Source of the DNA: an uncultured delta proteobacterium | GTDB taxonomy: Bacteria; Desulfobacterota; Binatia; UBA9968 | Assembly (NCBI GenBank): GCA_963727625.1 | Contig: CAVSHR010000005.1 | Location: 96,001 to 160,000 of the forward strand | Direction of reading: 5' to 3' | DNA length: 64,000 bases | In this document: positions 10,594 to 21,090 of the stretch, in pieces | Position numbering within the stretch: the stretch's first letter is position 1 | Layout: each line of letters starts with the position of its first letter | Made by a program: the position numbers and the translations under genes | The notes under the pieces: generated by a model | Seen by the model: the letters and a program-made list of their open reading frames with translations, nothing else | Databases searched by the model: none | Told to the model about the DNA's origin: nothing

Positions 10594-11673
10594 ATGAAGT
10601 ACCAAACCGACGACCTTAGAATCAAACAAATCAAAGAGTTAGTAACGCCAGCGCAACTGTTGGATGACTTTCCGATCAGCGAAAAGGCAGCCCTGACCGT
10701 TGTCGAAACGCGCCAGGCCATCCACCGCATTCTGCACGGCGCCGACGATCGCTTGCTGACCGTCATGGGCCCCTGTTCGATCCACGACGTGAAAGCGGCA
10801 AAGGAATATGCCGCCAGGCTCAAGGAAGCCAGGGAACGCTGCGCCGACGATTTGATGATAGTAATGCGCGTCTATTTCGAGAAACCGCGCACCACAGTAG
10901 GCTGGAAGGGCCTGATCAACGATCCCAATCTCGACGGCAGCTTTCAGATCAACGACGGGCTGCGCGTCGGCCGTCAACTGCTGCTCGATCTCAACGAGAG
11001 CGGCATGCCCGCCGGCTGCGAGTTTCTCGACATGATCACGCCGCAATACCTCGCCGACCTGGTCTCCTGGGGCGCCATCGGCGCGCGCACCACCGAAAGC
11101 CAGGTGCATCGCGAGCTCGCCTCGGGTCTCTCCTGCCCCGTGGGCTTCAAGAACGGCACCGACGGCAACGTGCGCATCGCCATGGACGCGATTCGCGCCG
11201 CGCAGGCGCCGCATCATTTTCTCTCGGTTACTAAAGCCGGCCATTCGGCCATCGTCTCCACCGCCGGCAACGAGGACTGCCACATCATTCTGCGCGGCGG
11301 CAAACAGCCGAACTACGATGCCGCCAACGTCGACGCGACAGCCAAGAGTCTAGCTGAAGCGGGCATACCGGCGCGCATCATGATCGACTGCAGCCACGGC
11401 AACAGCGGCAAAGAGCCGTCGAAACAAGTCGAGGCAGGCCGGAATGTTTCAGCGCAGATCGCCGGCGGCGATGCGCGCATCTTCGGCATCATGGTGGAAA
11501 GCCATCTCAAAGCCGGCCGCCAGGATCTGCTTCCCGGCAAAGCGCTCGTCTACGGCCAGAGCATCACCGACGCCTGCGTCGGTTGGGAAGACACCCGCAC
11601 CCTGATCGACTCCCTCGCCAACGCGGTGCGCCAGCGCCGCGCAAAAGCGGCGGCCAACGGGGATTCGGAATAG
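10594..11673 (+). CDS. aroG: 3-deoxy-7-phosphoheptulonate (DAHP) synthase, class I-alpha
   Basis: GPCSIHD, RVYFEKPRTTVGWKG, IGARTTESQVHRE, DCSHGNS, YGQSITDAC. Confidence 0.95.
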   Translation: MKYQTDDLRIKQIKELVTPAQLLDDFPISEKAALTVVETRQAIHRILHGADDRLLTVMGPCSIHDVKAAKEYAARLKEARERCADDLMIVMRVYFEKPRTTVGWKGLINDPNLDGSFQINDGLRVGRQLLLDLNESGMPAGCEFLDMITPQYLADLVSWGAIGARTTESQVHRELASGLSCPVGFKNGTDGNVRIAMDAIRAAQAPHHFLSVTKAGHSAIVSTAGNEDCHIILRGGKQPNYDAANVDATAKSLAEAGIPARIMIDCSHGNSGKEPSKQVEAGRNVSAQIAGGDARIFGIMVESHLKAGRQDLLPGKALVYGQSITDACVGWEDTRTLIDSLANAVRQRRAKAAANGDSE

Positions 11674-11849
11674 ATTTCGCCGGATCGTCCGATCATCAGT
11701 ACCAGATCGCGTCTTTCTCGGGGCAACAATCGATCCACAGAGTTGTTTCGTCGCGTAGTCAATTCGTGCCGGCTGATATAGAGCTGCCGTGAGGCTGTTT
11801 GCTGATTTACTGGATCTGAAGATCGTTACACAGGTCAACCGCCATTCTG

Positions 11850-12184
11850 TTCACCGCCAGCCTGTCAATTTTGTTTTTGCTCTTTGGCAACTCCATCGGC
11901 CATCTGTGGATTTTCATCCTGCTATTCACCACGGTTGAAGCGACCTATCCGGTCGCGTGGGCGATGGTCGGCGATATTTTCGGGCGCAAGCACTTCGCCA
12001 AGATTCGCAATTACATGAGCATGTTCTACGTCTGGGGCAGAGCGTTCTCGATCCAGTCACGGCCGGAGCGATTTGGGACCGCTGGCAAACTTACGAAACC
12101 ATGCTTTGGGTTTTGGTCGTCATGTTAAGTCTATCGGGAATTTTTTATAGCCTGCTCGGAAAGCCTTGGGCGCAATTAAAATAA
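11850..12184 (+). pseudogene. C-terminal remnant of an MFS transporter, frameshifted
   Basis: VGDIFGRKHFAKIR...YVWG, then a 2-nt AG insertion (~12039) switches to SVLDPVTAGAIWDRWQTY; no N-terminal half. Confidence 0.6.
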
Positions 12185-12194
12185 ATTTAACTTC

Positions 12195-12288
12195 CGTTCA
12201 AGGGTCAAGGGTAAAAGTTCAAGGCTCGACGAAAAGTCTTGAGCAGCGATCCGACACTTTGAACTTTAAATTTTTGAACTTTGAACGG
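12195..12288. repeat. Inverted repeat built from 7-nt tandem units (GTTCAAG / CTTTGAA)
   Basis: cgttcaagggtcaagggtaaaagttcaag ... ctttgaactttaaatttttgaactttgaacg, between convergent genes. Confidence 0.65.
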
Positions 12289-12296
12289 GCGTCGAT

Positions 12297-12617
12297 TTAT
12301 TTTACATGCACCGTGAGCCAAAGGGTTTCTGCGCCGGTTTGTGCGACTCGATGGCGCACGTGGCGCGGGATAACGAGGTAATCGCCCTCTTTCAATTCGA
12401 CGATCTCGCCGTCGGCGAATTCCAACACCGCGTTGCCGCGCAAGACGATCGCCCATTCATCTTCGTCCTGGTCGTACCAAAAGCCCGCGGGGCTGTTGTG
12501 CGAATGGGATAGGATGCGCTCGATTTTGACCGAAGAGTTTTGCCAAAGCGTCGAAAAATTTTCGCCGGCTGCGGCAGCGCCCAGATCGGTGTAAACATTT
12601 TTAACTGGAGCGGTCAT
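12297..12617 (-). CDS. Cupin domain protein
   Basis: IERILSHSH, WYDQDEDEW, GDYLVIPRHVRHRV. Confidence 0.85.
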   Translation of the reverse strand: MTAPVKNVYTDLGAAAAGENFSTLWQNSSVKIERILSHSHNSPAGFWYDQDEDEWAIVLRGNAVLEFADGEIVELKEGDYLVIPRHVRHRVAQTGAETLWLTVHVK

Positions 12618-12740
12618 AATCCTGATCGCGACGCCAACGGTCCCGTCACAAGCTGGCGGCCAGTCTTACCCACATCGCCAGTAAGACCAGGTTGCTAAGC
12701 GCAAAAAACAAAAAGCGCGGCGGAACTCTAATGAACACCA

Positions 12741-13427
12741 TCAGGGCAATGCGGCAGCGCCTTGGTCCATCCCCGCGGCGCGAATATCAGGCACTTCGAC
12801 GATGCGCCGCCGTCCGGGCATTGGCGCATGTTCAACGGCCCGGACCAAAGCCTGCGCCATTTCGTCGATAGTGACCGAGCCAAGCCGCTCAGCGGTCGCG
12901 CGGGTTATCGGAAACAGCTCGGCGAGCTTGTAGAATGACTTGATCAACAGCGGCCACTTCCGGCTCGGACCCAAAATAGACCAAGGGCGCAAGATTGTCG
13001 CGGTCAATTCCGCCTCGCGAATCATGGTTTCGCCAAGGGTACGCACCCAGAGATAGGACTGCATGAACGGCGCCGGCTGAGCGACGCTAACGTAGATCAA
13101 ATGCGCTGTGCCGCGGCGCTTAGCCGCACTCACGACGGCGCGAATTGAAACCAGATCGACCTTTTCAAACTGGTCGGCTTTGCTCGGGCTCGGATGCGCG
13201 GTGCCGACCAGATGAATCACCGCATCGATGCCGTCGAGGGCTGCAACCACGCACTCCGTGTCGAGCGCGTCGCCGAGCACCGGCGTCGCACCGGTGGGAA
13301 CACGCGCGACGGATTTCGCTCGGGCCAGCACTCGCACTCGATGCCCGCGATTCAACAACAGAGGAATCAAGTGGCGACCGATATAGCCGGTTCCTCCCGT
13401 AACTAGGACATTGAGCGGGGTGGGCAT
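12741..13427 (-). CDS. NAD(P)-binding atypical SDR / NmrA-like protein
   Basis: VLVTGGTGYIG Rossmann motif, TILRP. Confidence 0.85.
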   Translation of the reverse strand: MPTPLNVLVTGGTGYIGRHLIPLLLNRGHRVRVLARAKSVARVPTGATPVLGDALDTECVVAALDGIDAVIHLVGTAHPSPSKADQFEKVDLVSIRAVVSAAKRRGTAHLIYVSVAQPAPFMQSYLWVRTLGETMIREAELTATILRPWSILGPSRKWPLLIKSFYKLAELFPITRATAERLGSVTIDEMAQALVRAVEHAPMPGRRRIVEVPDIRAAGMDQGAAALP

Positions 13428-13767
13428 ATTTTTCCAGTTGGAAGACTTGTCAAATTAACGCTCGCCGTACACTTTTCCGTATGGCAGATAACGCCTACTT
13501 TGTCACGTTCCTGTTCAGAGCGATCACAGAGTCGATCGCATCATAGCCTATTGCCTATTGCCGCTACGGAGAGCTTTGGCGCTTCGCCGAGCCAATTCAG
13601 CGAGGGGCCTCGATCGGAGAATGGAATGACCGCCTTTCGAATGCGATTTCTGGAGAACGACGCGCAGGCTGTGAGTAGATCATCTCCGGACCGGAATGTC
13701 AAAAAATTTGCCCGGTATTTTCTACTCCGTCGGTTGCAATAAACGGGTCATTCGATAGTGTAAAAAA

Positions 13768-15096
13768 GTGAAGTCCCTAGCCAAGCTGCGTAACGATGCG
13801 ATGAGCATTTATCACGCCGGCCTGAAGGCTGCCGATCCCGCCAGCGCTATTCTGCGCCACGTCAAGCTTGTGGGAGACCAACTCGAGGTCGGCGAAAAGT
13901 GCTATCATCTCGCTCAGTGCAGTGCCCTTTATGTGGTCGGTGCTGGCAAAGCATCGGCGCAGATGGCGCTGGCCATAGAACAGATTCTCGGCAACCGATT
14001 GAGCGGCGTCGTTAACGTGAAGTACGGCCACGCCGTAGCTCTCAAAGCCATCAAAGTCAACGAAGCCGGCCATCCGTTGCCGGACGACGCGGGAGTGCGG
14101 GGCACCCAGGAGATCCTTCGGCTTCTGCAGCACTGCGACGAACGAAGCTTTGTGGTCTTTCTGGTTTCGGGAGGGGGATCCGCCCTCCTACCCTGCCCGG
14201 CGGACGGTTTGACCCTCCAGGATAAGCAACGAACAACGCAGGTTTTGCTCGAATGCGGCGCGGCCATTCAAGAGATCAACGCCGTGCGCAAACATATATC
14301 CCGAGTCAAAGGTGGCCGGTTAGCGAAGGCGGCATACCCGGCGACGGTCGTGTCGCTCATACTTTCCGATGTCGTGGGCGACACTCTCGACAGCATCGCT
14401 TCCGGTCCGACCGTCCCCGACTCCAGCACATTCCCGGATTGTATGCGCGTAATCGAACGGTATCGCATTCAAGAAAAGATTCCGCCCGCTGTAAGTCAGC
14501 ATTTGCAGAGGGGCGCGAAGGGCGAGATCGAAGAGACTCCTAAACCTGGCGATCCGGCGTTTCAAAGAGTCCAAAACCTGATTGTCGGAAGCAACCGACT
14601 TGCGCTGAGCGCTGCGAAGGAGCAAGCGGAAGAGTTAGGTTACCACGGGCTGATCCTTTCCAGCCTTATCCAGGGTGAAACAAGAGAAGCGGCGGGTATG
14701 CACGCGGCGATTGGCAAAGAGATTCTCGAAACCGGCAATCCCGTTTCCCGCCCCGCCTGCGTCATCTCCGGCGGCGAGACCACCGTGACAATCCGCGGCA
14801 AAGGCCTCGGCGGCCGTAACCAGGAATTCGCCCTGGCCGCAGCCATCGGCATAGACGGCTCGCAAGGGATCGTCATGCTAAGCGCCGGTACGGATGGCAC
14901 GGACGGGCCCACGGATGCGGCGGGCGCGATCGTCGATGGCACTACACTGCAAAGAGCGAAAGACAAAGGGCTGGATCCCGAACGGCATCTAGCCGCCAAC
15001 GATTCGTATCATTTTTTTCAACCGCTTGACGACCTGCTCGTCACCGGTCCGACATTCACGAATGTGATGGATCTTCGGTTGGTGCTGGTGGAATGA
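13768..15096 (+). CDS. Glycerate kinase type 2 (GckA/TtuD, DUF4147 + MOFRL)
   Basis: GAGKAS, AGHPLPD, SGGGSAL, SDVVGD, GGETTV, GGRNQE, GTDGTDG, TGPTFTNVMD. Confidence 0.93.
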   Translation: MKSLAKLRNDAMSIYHAGLKAADPASAILRHVKLVGDQLEVGEKCYHLAQCSALYVVGAGKASAQMALAIEQILGNRLSGVVNVKYGHAVALKAIKVNEAGHPLPDDAGVRGTQEILRLLQHCDERSFVVFLVSGGGSALLPCPADGLTLQDKQRTTQVLLECGAAIQEINAVRKHISRVKGGRLAKAAYPATVVSLILSDVVGDTLDSIASGPTVPDSSTFPDCMRVIERYRIQEKIPPAVSQHLQRGAKGEIEETPKPGDPAFQRVQNLIVGSNRLALSAAKEQAEELGYHGLILSSLIQGETREAAGMHAAIGKEILETGNPVSRPACVISGGETTVTIRGKGLGGRNQEFALAAAIGIDGSQGIVMLSAGTDGTDGPTDAAGAIVDGTTLQRAKDKGLDPERHLAANDSYHFFQPLDDLLVTGPTFTNVMDLRLVLVE

Positions 15097-15235
15097 GAGG
15101 GGAGTTTGGCGTCCCTCGGTGATCGCCGTCTTTTTGAGCGCATCAAGGGAGGGAAACGGAGCGAAATGAGTTGAGCTTCGTGAATTCATCGACCGCGGCG
15201 ATTGCCGCTGATTAGACTATCTTCTGGGGGATCAT

Positions 15236-15886
15236 GTGAAAATCAGACCGGTCCTTATGGTCGTGGACATGCAAAACGGCTTTTGCGGCTTGGGCGGGAC
15301 CTTCGACAAGTTCGGTTTCAACATCGCTCCCTACCGCGCGATCATTCCCGCTTTGCAAAACCTTATCGCCGAGATGCGCCGCTTCGGCATGCCGGTGTAC
15401 TACTCGAAAGCGATCCGGGAAAAGTCGGGCTTGGACTGCATAGACAGGGTCCATCGGATTATTCCCGAGAGCCGGCGCGAGCGAATCGAGAAACTGCCGC
15501 TCTGTATCCGCGGGACCTGGGATAGTGACGTCATCGATGAACTCCGACCCGAACCCAACGACTTCATCGTCGAGAAGAGACGGGATTCCGTTTTTCAGGA
15601 CACAGAGTTCGATCTCTGGCTCAAGGCTTTTCGAGCCGATACGGTGATCTTCTGCGGCATCGATACCTACGTATGCGTCGAGAGTTCGGTCAGGGAAGCC
15701 TTCAACAAAGGGTACGACGTGATCGTCGCAAAAGACTGCGTCGCGTCGCGAAATCCGCGGCACCACGAAACCTCCCTCGATCAAGTCGAAGAAGCTTTCG
15801 GGTGGGTTTTGAATTCCGCCGAGCTGATCGAAAAAATCCAAACCGGCCAATTCGTTGTATCATCGGACGAGGAGGCGTCGGCCTGA
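15236..15886 (+). CDS. Isochorismatase-family cysteine hydrolase (amidase-like)
   Basis: Triad motifs VVDMQNGF, EKRRDSVF, GIDTYVCVESS. Confidence 0.9.
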   Translation: MKIRPVLMVVDMQNGFCGLGGTFDKFGFNIAPYRAIIPALQNLIAEMRRFGMPVYYSKAIREKSGLDCIDRVHRIIPESRRERIEKLPLCIRGTWDSDVIDELRPEPNDFIVEKRRDSVFQDTEFDLWLKAFRADTVIFCGIDTYVCVESSVREAFNKGYDVIVAKDCVASRNPRHHETSLDQVEEAFGWVLNSAELIEKIQTGQFVVSSDEEASA

Positions 15887-15936
15887 GAGATTGGGTTTCG
15901 GCGACTCACTAAACTATCGCGGGAAGGACAATCAGC

Positions 15937-17247
15937 ATGGCGATTAGAAAATACGATTCCGCTCTCAGGGAAAACGTCCACATGTGGGTCAATAAGATCA
16001 AGACCGTCGACGTTCTGGTGGGCATTCCCTGCTTTAATAACGAGGATACCATTGGATTCGTGATCGAGCAGGTCAGCCGGGGATTGGCCGAGCATTTTCC
16101 CGATCTGAACACCGCGGTGTTTGTCTCCGACGGCGGGTCGCTGGACAACACACGGGAGTACGCTTATCAAGCCGCCGGGCCTGAAAACGTGCAGCGGCGT
16201 GTTACCATTTACCGGGGCATGCCTGGAAAGGGCACCGCCTTTCGCGCGATCTTCGAAGTCGCCACGTTGTTGCGGGCCAAAGCGGTGGCCGTCGTGGATT
16301 CCGATTTGCGTAGCATTACGCCGGAATGGGTCAAACTGCTGATCGAACCGATCCTCAATAAATCTGCCGGATTTGTGGTGCCGTTTTACCGGCGCCACAA
16401 GTTTGACGGCACCATCACCAATCAAATCGTTTACCCGATGACCCGCGCCCTATATGGCGTTGACGTTCGCCAGCCGATCGGCGGAGATTTCGGCTTCTCG
16501 CCTGAGCTCGCAGCGTTCTATATGAAGGAGGATGTTTGGGACACTGACATCGTGCGCTTCGGCATCGACATCTGGATGACCACCTGCGCCATCAACGAGG
16601 GCTATCCGGTGGTTCAAACTTATTTGGGGACAAAGGTGCATGATGCCAAGGACCCGGCGGCCGATCTTGGCCCCATGTTCCACCAGGTGATCAGCACGCT
16701 TTTTTATCTCATGGGCAAGTACGACCGCAATTGGCGCCGAGAAAACACCCTTAAGTTGATTCCGGTAAATAGCAAGAAGGACAGCGATGCCGAGTTGGCG
16801 CCGATTTCCGTGAGTCTGAACAGCCTCCATACGGAATTCGTTGAGGGATTCAACCACTTTCGTCCCATCTACGAGCAGATTCTCAGCCCCGAGAACTACG
16901 CCGCACTGGCCGACATCCACAAGGCATGGCAAGCAAACCAAGACCGAGAGATTCAACCCGAACTGTGGAGCAAGGTCCTGTACGACTTCGCTTGCGTGTA
17001 TCAACTGTGGAACCGAAACCGGCGCCACTTGGTGGATATGATCACGCCGCTGTACTTTGGCCGCACCAAAAGTTTTTGTCAGCAGGTGATGGATATGAAC
17101 TATGCCCAGGCCGAAGAGATGGTTTTGGCGCAGGCTAAAGTGTTCGAGCAGAACAAACCTTATCTCCTGCGCCGCTTCGCTGAGTGGAAGGCGAAAGAAG
17201 CGGAGGAACAGAAAACGGAAATCGAGGCATCCATCACAGGGGCCTAA
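15937..17247 (+). CDS. Glucosyl-/mannosylglycerate synthase-like glycosyltransferase (Ggs/Mgs-like, GT-A fold)
   Basis: VGIPCFNNEDTI, DGGS, GKG, DSD, RHKFDGTITN, RQPIGGDFG, FGIDIWMT; AAGGA RBS. Confidence 0.8.
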   Translation: MAIRKYDSALRENVHMWVNKIKTVDVLVGIPCFNNEDTIGFVIEQVSRGLAEHFPDLNTAVFVSDGGSLDNTREYAYQAAGPENVQRRVTIYRGMPGKGTAFRAIFEVATLLRAKAVAVVDSDLRSITPEWVKLLIEPILNKSAGFVVPFYRRHKFDGTITNQIVYPMTRALYGVDVRQPIGGDFGFSPELAAFYMKEDVWDTDIVRFGIDIWMTTCAINEGYPVVQTYLGTKVHDAKDPAADLGPMFHQVISTLFYLMGKYDRNWRRENTLKLIPVNSKKDSDAELAPISVSLNSLHTEFVEGFNHFRPIYEQILSPENYAALADIHKAWQANQDREIQPELWSKVLYDFACVYQLWNRNRRHLVDMITPLYFGRTKSFCQQVMDMNYAQAEEMVLAQAKVFEQNKPYLLRRFAEWKAKEAEEQKTEIEASITGA

Positions 17248-18260
17248 TCCCGCAACGGCAAGGCTATCGGCCCACGGGTCTCGGCCGAGCGATAGGCCGC
17301 AATCATGATTTCGAGCGCCGCCCGCGCGTCTGCCCCGGTGATTGCGGGCTCGTGATCTTCCTCGACGGCGGAAATAAACTCGTTGACCAACCAGCTTATA
17401 TCGGCGCGCCACCAGGGTACTCGCTCGCCCTTGCTCCCGTCGGCCAGTTCGAAATCATGATAGGGTTTGCTGATCAGAGCGGCTCCTTGCGTGCCCAACA
17501 CTTCAAAGCTTACGCTAAGCCAGGTCGGATTTCCCGCGGGGTTGGCCCAGCCGCTTTGCTGGGAAGCAACCACCCCGTTTTGAAATTCGATCAGCATCGT
17601 GCCGATATCGTCGAGATCGATGTCGGTGTGAATCATTCGGTCGATCCTGGCGTAGACACTTTTCGCTTCCGCTCCCGCCAACCAGCGCAGTGCATCGATG
17701 GCATGAATACCGATGTCGCCGAACCCCCCGAAGCCCGCCCGGGTCTTGTCGAAAAACCAGCTGGTGTCGAGCCCCGCAATACCACGGGGAATTTTGCCGT
17801 ACTTGGTCGCATGGATATGCTTGAGCTCTCCGAGCTCGCCCCGATCAATCAGTTCTTTGAGTTTTATCACCGGCAGCTGATAGCGAGGATTAAAGGGGAC
17901 CATCAACTTGACGCGGTGCTTGTGGGTGAGATCGAGGATCTTATCTGCGTCTTGCAGCGTGGTAGCCAGAGGCTTATCGCACAAGATGTGAATTCCCCGC
18001 GGCGCCAGCTCTTGGACAACACTGAGGTGTTGGTCGGGAGGGGTGCCGACGTAGGCGGCGTCAATCCTCTCTCCGTCCCGTAGCGGCCCGAGCGCTTCGA
18101 GATATCTTGCCCCGAACCGTGTGGCATCCTGCCGAGCGAGCGGCCGATTAAGTCCCGGAGCTACGATCGCCGCAAGCCGGGCCCGCGGATGTTCCGCGAT
18201 TGCTGGGACATAGCGCGGCAGGTGCGCATGGTCGTATCCAACGATGGCAAAATTCAGCAT
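17244..18260 (-). CDS. Gfo/Idh/MocA family oxidoreductase
   Basis: ILCDKPLA, FNPRY, GFGGFGDIGIHAID. Confidence 0.9.
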   Translation of the reverse strand: MLNFAIVGYDHAHLPRYVPAIAEHPRARLAAIVAPGLNRPLARQDATRFGARYLEALGPLRDGERIDAAYVGTPPDQHLSVVQELAPRGIHILCDKPLATTLQDADKILDLTHKHRVKLMVPFNPRYQLPVIKLKELIDRGELGELKHIHATKYGKIPRGIAGLDTSWFFDKTRAGFGGFGDIGIHAIDALRWLAGAEAKSVYARIDRMIHTDIDLDDIGTMLIEFQNGVVASQQSGWANPAGNPTWLSVSFEVLGTQGAALISKPYHDFELADGSKGERVPWWRADISWLVNEFISAVEEDHEPAITGADARAALEIMIAAYRSAETRGPIALPLRD

Positions 18261-19282
18261 GGTACGGCTCCCCTGAGCGCGACCGGTTGTCCGGTGGCGG
18301 CGGATTCGAGAGCTTTGGCGATTACTTCGACGGCGCGGTAGGCATCATCGAGAGTGATTCTCGGTGCGATCTTACGGGAGATACCGTCGATGAAATGGGC
18401 CAACTCGCCGACAAAGGCTTCAGGATATGTGCTGAGCAGCGGCGAGTATCGCGGCACCTCGGGTCTCTCTTTAATCACCAGCAGCGGCGCGGAGTCATGG
18501 TCCGTGAGCGTCAGTTTTCCTTTGGTCCCAATAATTTCGAGCGAGGAATAAAACGGGGCATATTCTTTAGGGTGCGCCCAGCTCACCTCCATGAGCCCTT
18601 GCTGTCCCTTGGAAAAGCCGACTTGCACGAGCGCAAAATCGAGGCAGCCTTTCTTGCGCGCCTCTGCGCGCACCGAGAGACCTTTCGTGTACACTTCGGT
18701 AGCGTCCGAATCGAAAAACCACGCGAAAAGATCGGCGACATGGACACCGAGATCCATAAGCACGCCGCCGTTGTGCGGATCCCACCGCCAGCTGTCTTCG
18801 GCGAATCCCGCCCAGCTGCGCTCGCTCCAGTGCATAGAGACCGGTTCGCCAATACGACCGGCTGCAAGTTGCTCTTTCACCCCGACCCAGCGGCGGTCGA
18901 AGCGGCGGGTGTGGCCGATGTAGAGATGGCGGCCGGATTCTTTGGCCGCCTCGATCATGCGCGCGGCATCCTCGATCTTCAGGGCCATGGGTTTTTCACA
19001 GATGACATGCTTGCCGGCGCGCAGCGCTTTGATCGCCAGCTCCGCATGGCTGGGATGAGGCGTGCAGATGTCGACGAGATCGATACCATCGCTGGCCAGC
19101 AGCTCATCGAGGGAAGAAAAAGACTTCGTGATACCCAGCTCCGCCCTGGCCTGATCCGCCCGTTCCTTGATGATATCGCAGGTCGCGATCACCCGCGCCT
19201 GTGGAATTTGCCGCCAGGCGGGGGCGTGCGCTAGGCGGAAGATACCTCCGGTGCCGAGAATCGCGACCTTGAGATCGTTCAT
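18254..19282 (-). CDS. Gfo/Idh/MocA family oxidoreductase
   Basis: GTGGI, HVICEKP, GHTRRF, GGVLMDLGVH. Confidence 0.92.
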   Translation of the reverse strand: MNDLKVAILGTGGIFRLAHAPAWRQIPQARVIATCDIIKERADQARAELGITKSFSSLDELLASDGIDLVDICTPHPSHAELAIKALRAGKHVICEKPMALKIEDAARMIEAAKESGRHLYIGHTRRFDRRWVGVKEQLAAGRIGEPVSMHWSERSWAGFAEDSWRWDPHNGGVLMDLGVHVADLFAWFFDSDATEVYTKGLSVRAEARKKGCLDFALVQVGFSKGQQGLMEVSWAHPKEYAPFYSSLEIIGTKGKLTLTDHDSAPLLVIKERPEVPRYSPLLSTYPEAFVGELAHFIDGISRKIAPRITLDDAYRAVEVIAKALESAATGQPVALRGAVPC

Positions 19283-20892
19283 TGAGCTAGGCCCTTCGCT
19301 TCGCTCGTGCCGTCGAAAATGTGAATCTGGTGTTGACGGGTGATCTCGACCAAGAACGCGGCCATCTCCGGAGTACCGTATTTTTCTTCCAGGTAACGAT
19401 AATTGCTGCCGTAGTCAGTTACCGAGATATCGGGCACTTCGCGGCCGGAAAAATGCTTTTCAGCTAGAGATTGAATGATGGCGGGAATCGCGCTGCCGTC
19501 CTGAGCCCGGACCTTTTCGCCTTTGGCGATAAAGGGCGGGACCCCCTGCCGCAGGGCGAATTCCCGATGCACCCACTTGCGCACCGCGTCCTCGGCGTCT
19601 TTGACCTTGAGCCGAGGCGAAATCTGCATGGCCGTGCGGATGACATCCCGATCCAAAAACGGAGCTCGCAGCTCGATGCTGTGCGCCATAGTCATCCGAT
19701 CCTCCCGCTCCAAAGTGTCCAGATATAATTGGCTGATGTCCTCCCACATGCGCTTATGCAGAGTCAGGTGGCCGTGCTCGGCGACGACGTTGCAGTACCA
19801 GGAATAACCACCGAACAGCTCGTCCGCACCCTGCCCGCTCAATAAAACTTTATGGCCGTCCGCAGCGGCCATTCTCGCCGCCAAGAACATCGGCACCGCC
19901 GCTTCGACCTGTACCATGCCGTTAAGCTCAATGGCTTCGATGACCGCGGGCAGCACATCCTCAACGACCTCGTCGCTGAGGTAAGTCGTCCGCAGAGGAA
20001 TATTCATTAGCTCTGCGGACTGTGTCGCGTTCTCCACGTCCAGAGAGCCGCGCACACCGGCGCAGTAACCGGTGACGTCGACGCCGCGGTTCTTGACCGC
20101 CTTGGCGACCAGGGTGCTGTCAACTCCGCCCGACAGCAACACCGCTGCCCGGTTCAGTCCAAATACCCGCTTATCCATCGCTCGATCGAAGACGATACCG
20201 TACTCGCGGATCGCGCTTTCCATATCGGTCAAGCGGATCGCAGATTCCTCGACCCGATAGCCTTCTTGCACTGAAATGCGATTGCAGTCGACGATAAGCA
20301 TATCGCCGGGATGAAGCCTCTCGATTTCACGGCCCGCTCCCCTGAGCGCTTTGGGCTCAGAAGCGAAATAGAACGGAAATCCCTCAACGTAATAGACCGG
20401 CTTCTTGCCGACGGGATCGCGGGCGACGACAACACATCTCCCGTCCGTCACCGCAAAGGCGTACATCCCGTCGAGCAGCGGCATGGCCTGCTTCACGGCC
20501 GCGGGCAGATCTCCCTGATAAAACTCCTCGATCAAATGCACGAGTATTTCGCTATCGCTATCCGTGAGGACGCGGTGATGCGCGAGCAGCTGGCGCAGTT
20601 CGCGGTAATTGTAGATTTCACCGTTGTGGATGAGCGACAACTTTCCATGGCAGGAAGAAAGCGGCTGCAATCCCGTCGGACCGCCGACGATTTCGAGCCG
20701 GGCGTGACCGAGACAAATCATGCCGGTGCGCGGCGGCTTGGAAATTTGCGACAATCCTTCTCCCTGTTCGATTCTCCCATCGACGTATAAGCCCACCGCG
20801 TCCGGCCCGCGGTGGCGGGTCTGAGTGAGCATGGACAGAGCCTCTCCAACATTCCTTGGCCGCTTATCGACAAAACCGATAATCGAACACAT
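19279..20892 (-). CDS. AsnB-like glutamine-dependent amidotransferase (asparagine synthetase B family)
   Basis: N-terminal nucleophile Cys (MCSI), HRGPD, HNGEIYN, DSDSE, LSGGVDS, SGQGADELFGGY, RAPFLD; AAGGAGG RBS. Confidence 0.9.
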   Translation of the reverse strand: MCSIIGFVDKRPRNVGEALSMLTQTRHRGPDAVGLYVDGRIEQGEGLSQISKPPRTGMICLGHARLEIVGGPTGLQPLSSCHGKLSLIHNGEIYNYRELRQLLAHHRVLTDSDSEILVHLIEEFYQGDLPAAVKQAMPLLDGMYAFAVTDGRCVVVARDPVGKKPVYYVEGFPFYFASEPKALRGAGREIERLHPGDMLIVDCNRISVQEGYRVEESAIRLTDMESAIREYGIVFDRAMDKRVFGLNRAAVLLSGGVDSTLVAKAVKNRGVDVTGYCAGVRGSLDVENATQSAELMNIPLRTTYLSDEVVEDVLPAVIEAIELNGMVQVEAAVPMFLAARMAAADGHKVLLSGQGADELFGGYSWYCNVVAEHGHLTLHKRMWEDISQLYLDTLEREDRMTMAHSIELRAPFLDRDVIRTAMQISPRLKVKDAEDAVRKWVHREFALRQGVPPFIAKGEKVRAQDGSAIPAIIQSLAEKHFSGREVPDISVTDYGSNYRYLEEKYGTPEMAAFLVEITRQHQIHIFDGTSEAKGLAQ

Positions 20893-20993
20893 GGGCTGAC
20901 GCCTCCTTGTTTAATCGTTGGCAGATCAAGGTGAATTTATTCGTAATCATGATCTTTAGGGGAAGAACCCGATAGCGTGCGATAATCAGGCGT

Positions 20994-21055
20994 AAAAAAA
21001 TTCAGGGCTTTTCTCACTTCCGGAAAAACAGCGCCGGAACGGGAAAAGCCCTGAA
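20994..21055 (-). terminator. Terminator-like hairpin with a U7 tract in the leader of the AsnB-like operon
   Basis: 13-bp perfect stem ttcagggcttttc/gaaaagccctgaa plus inner ttccgg/ccggaa, followed on the minus strand by T7; T-rich on the plus side too. Confidence 0.6.
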
Positions 21056-21090
21056 ATAATTTTTTAGAAACTAATTCACGAGACCTTTTT

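Noticed and set aside
16450-19234. Long ORFs 16450-17412(-), 17184-18083(+) and 18200-19234(+)
   Set aside because: Opposite-strand overlaps of well-supported genes with no motifs
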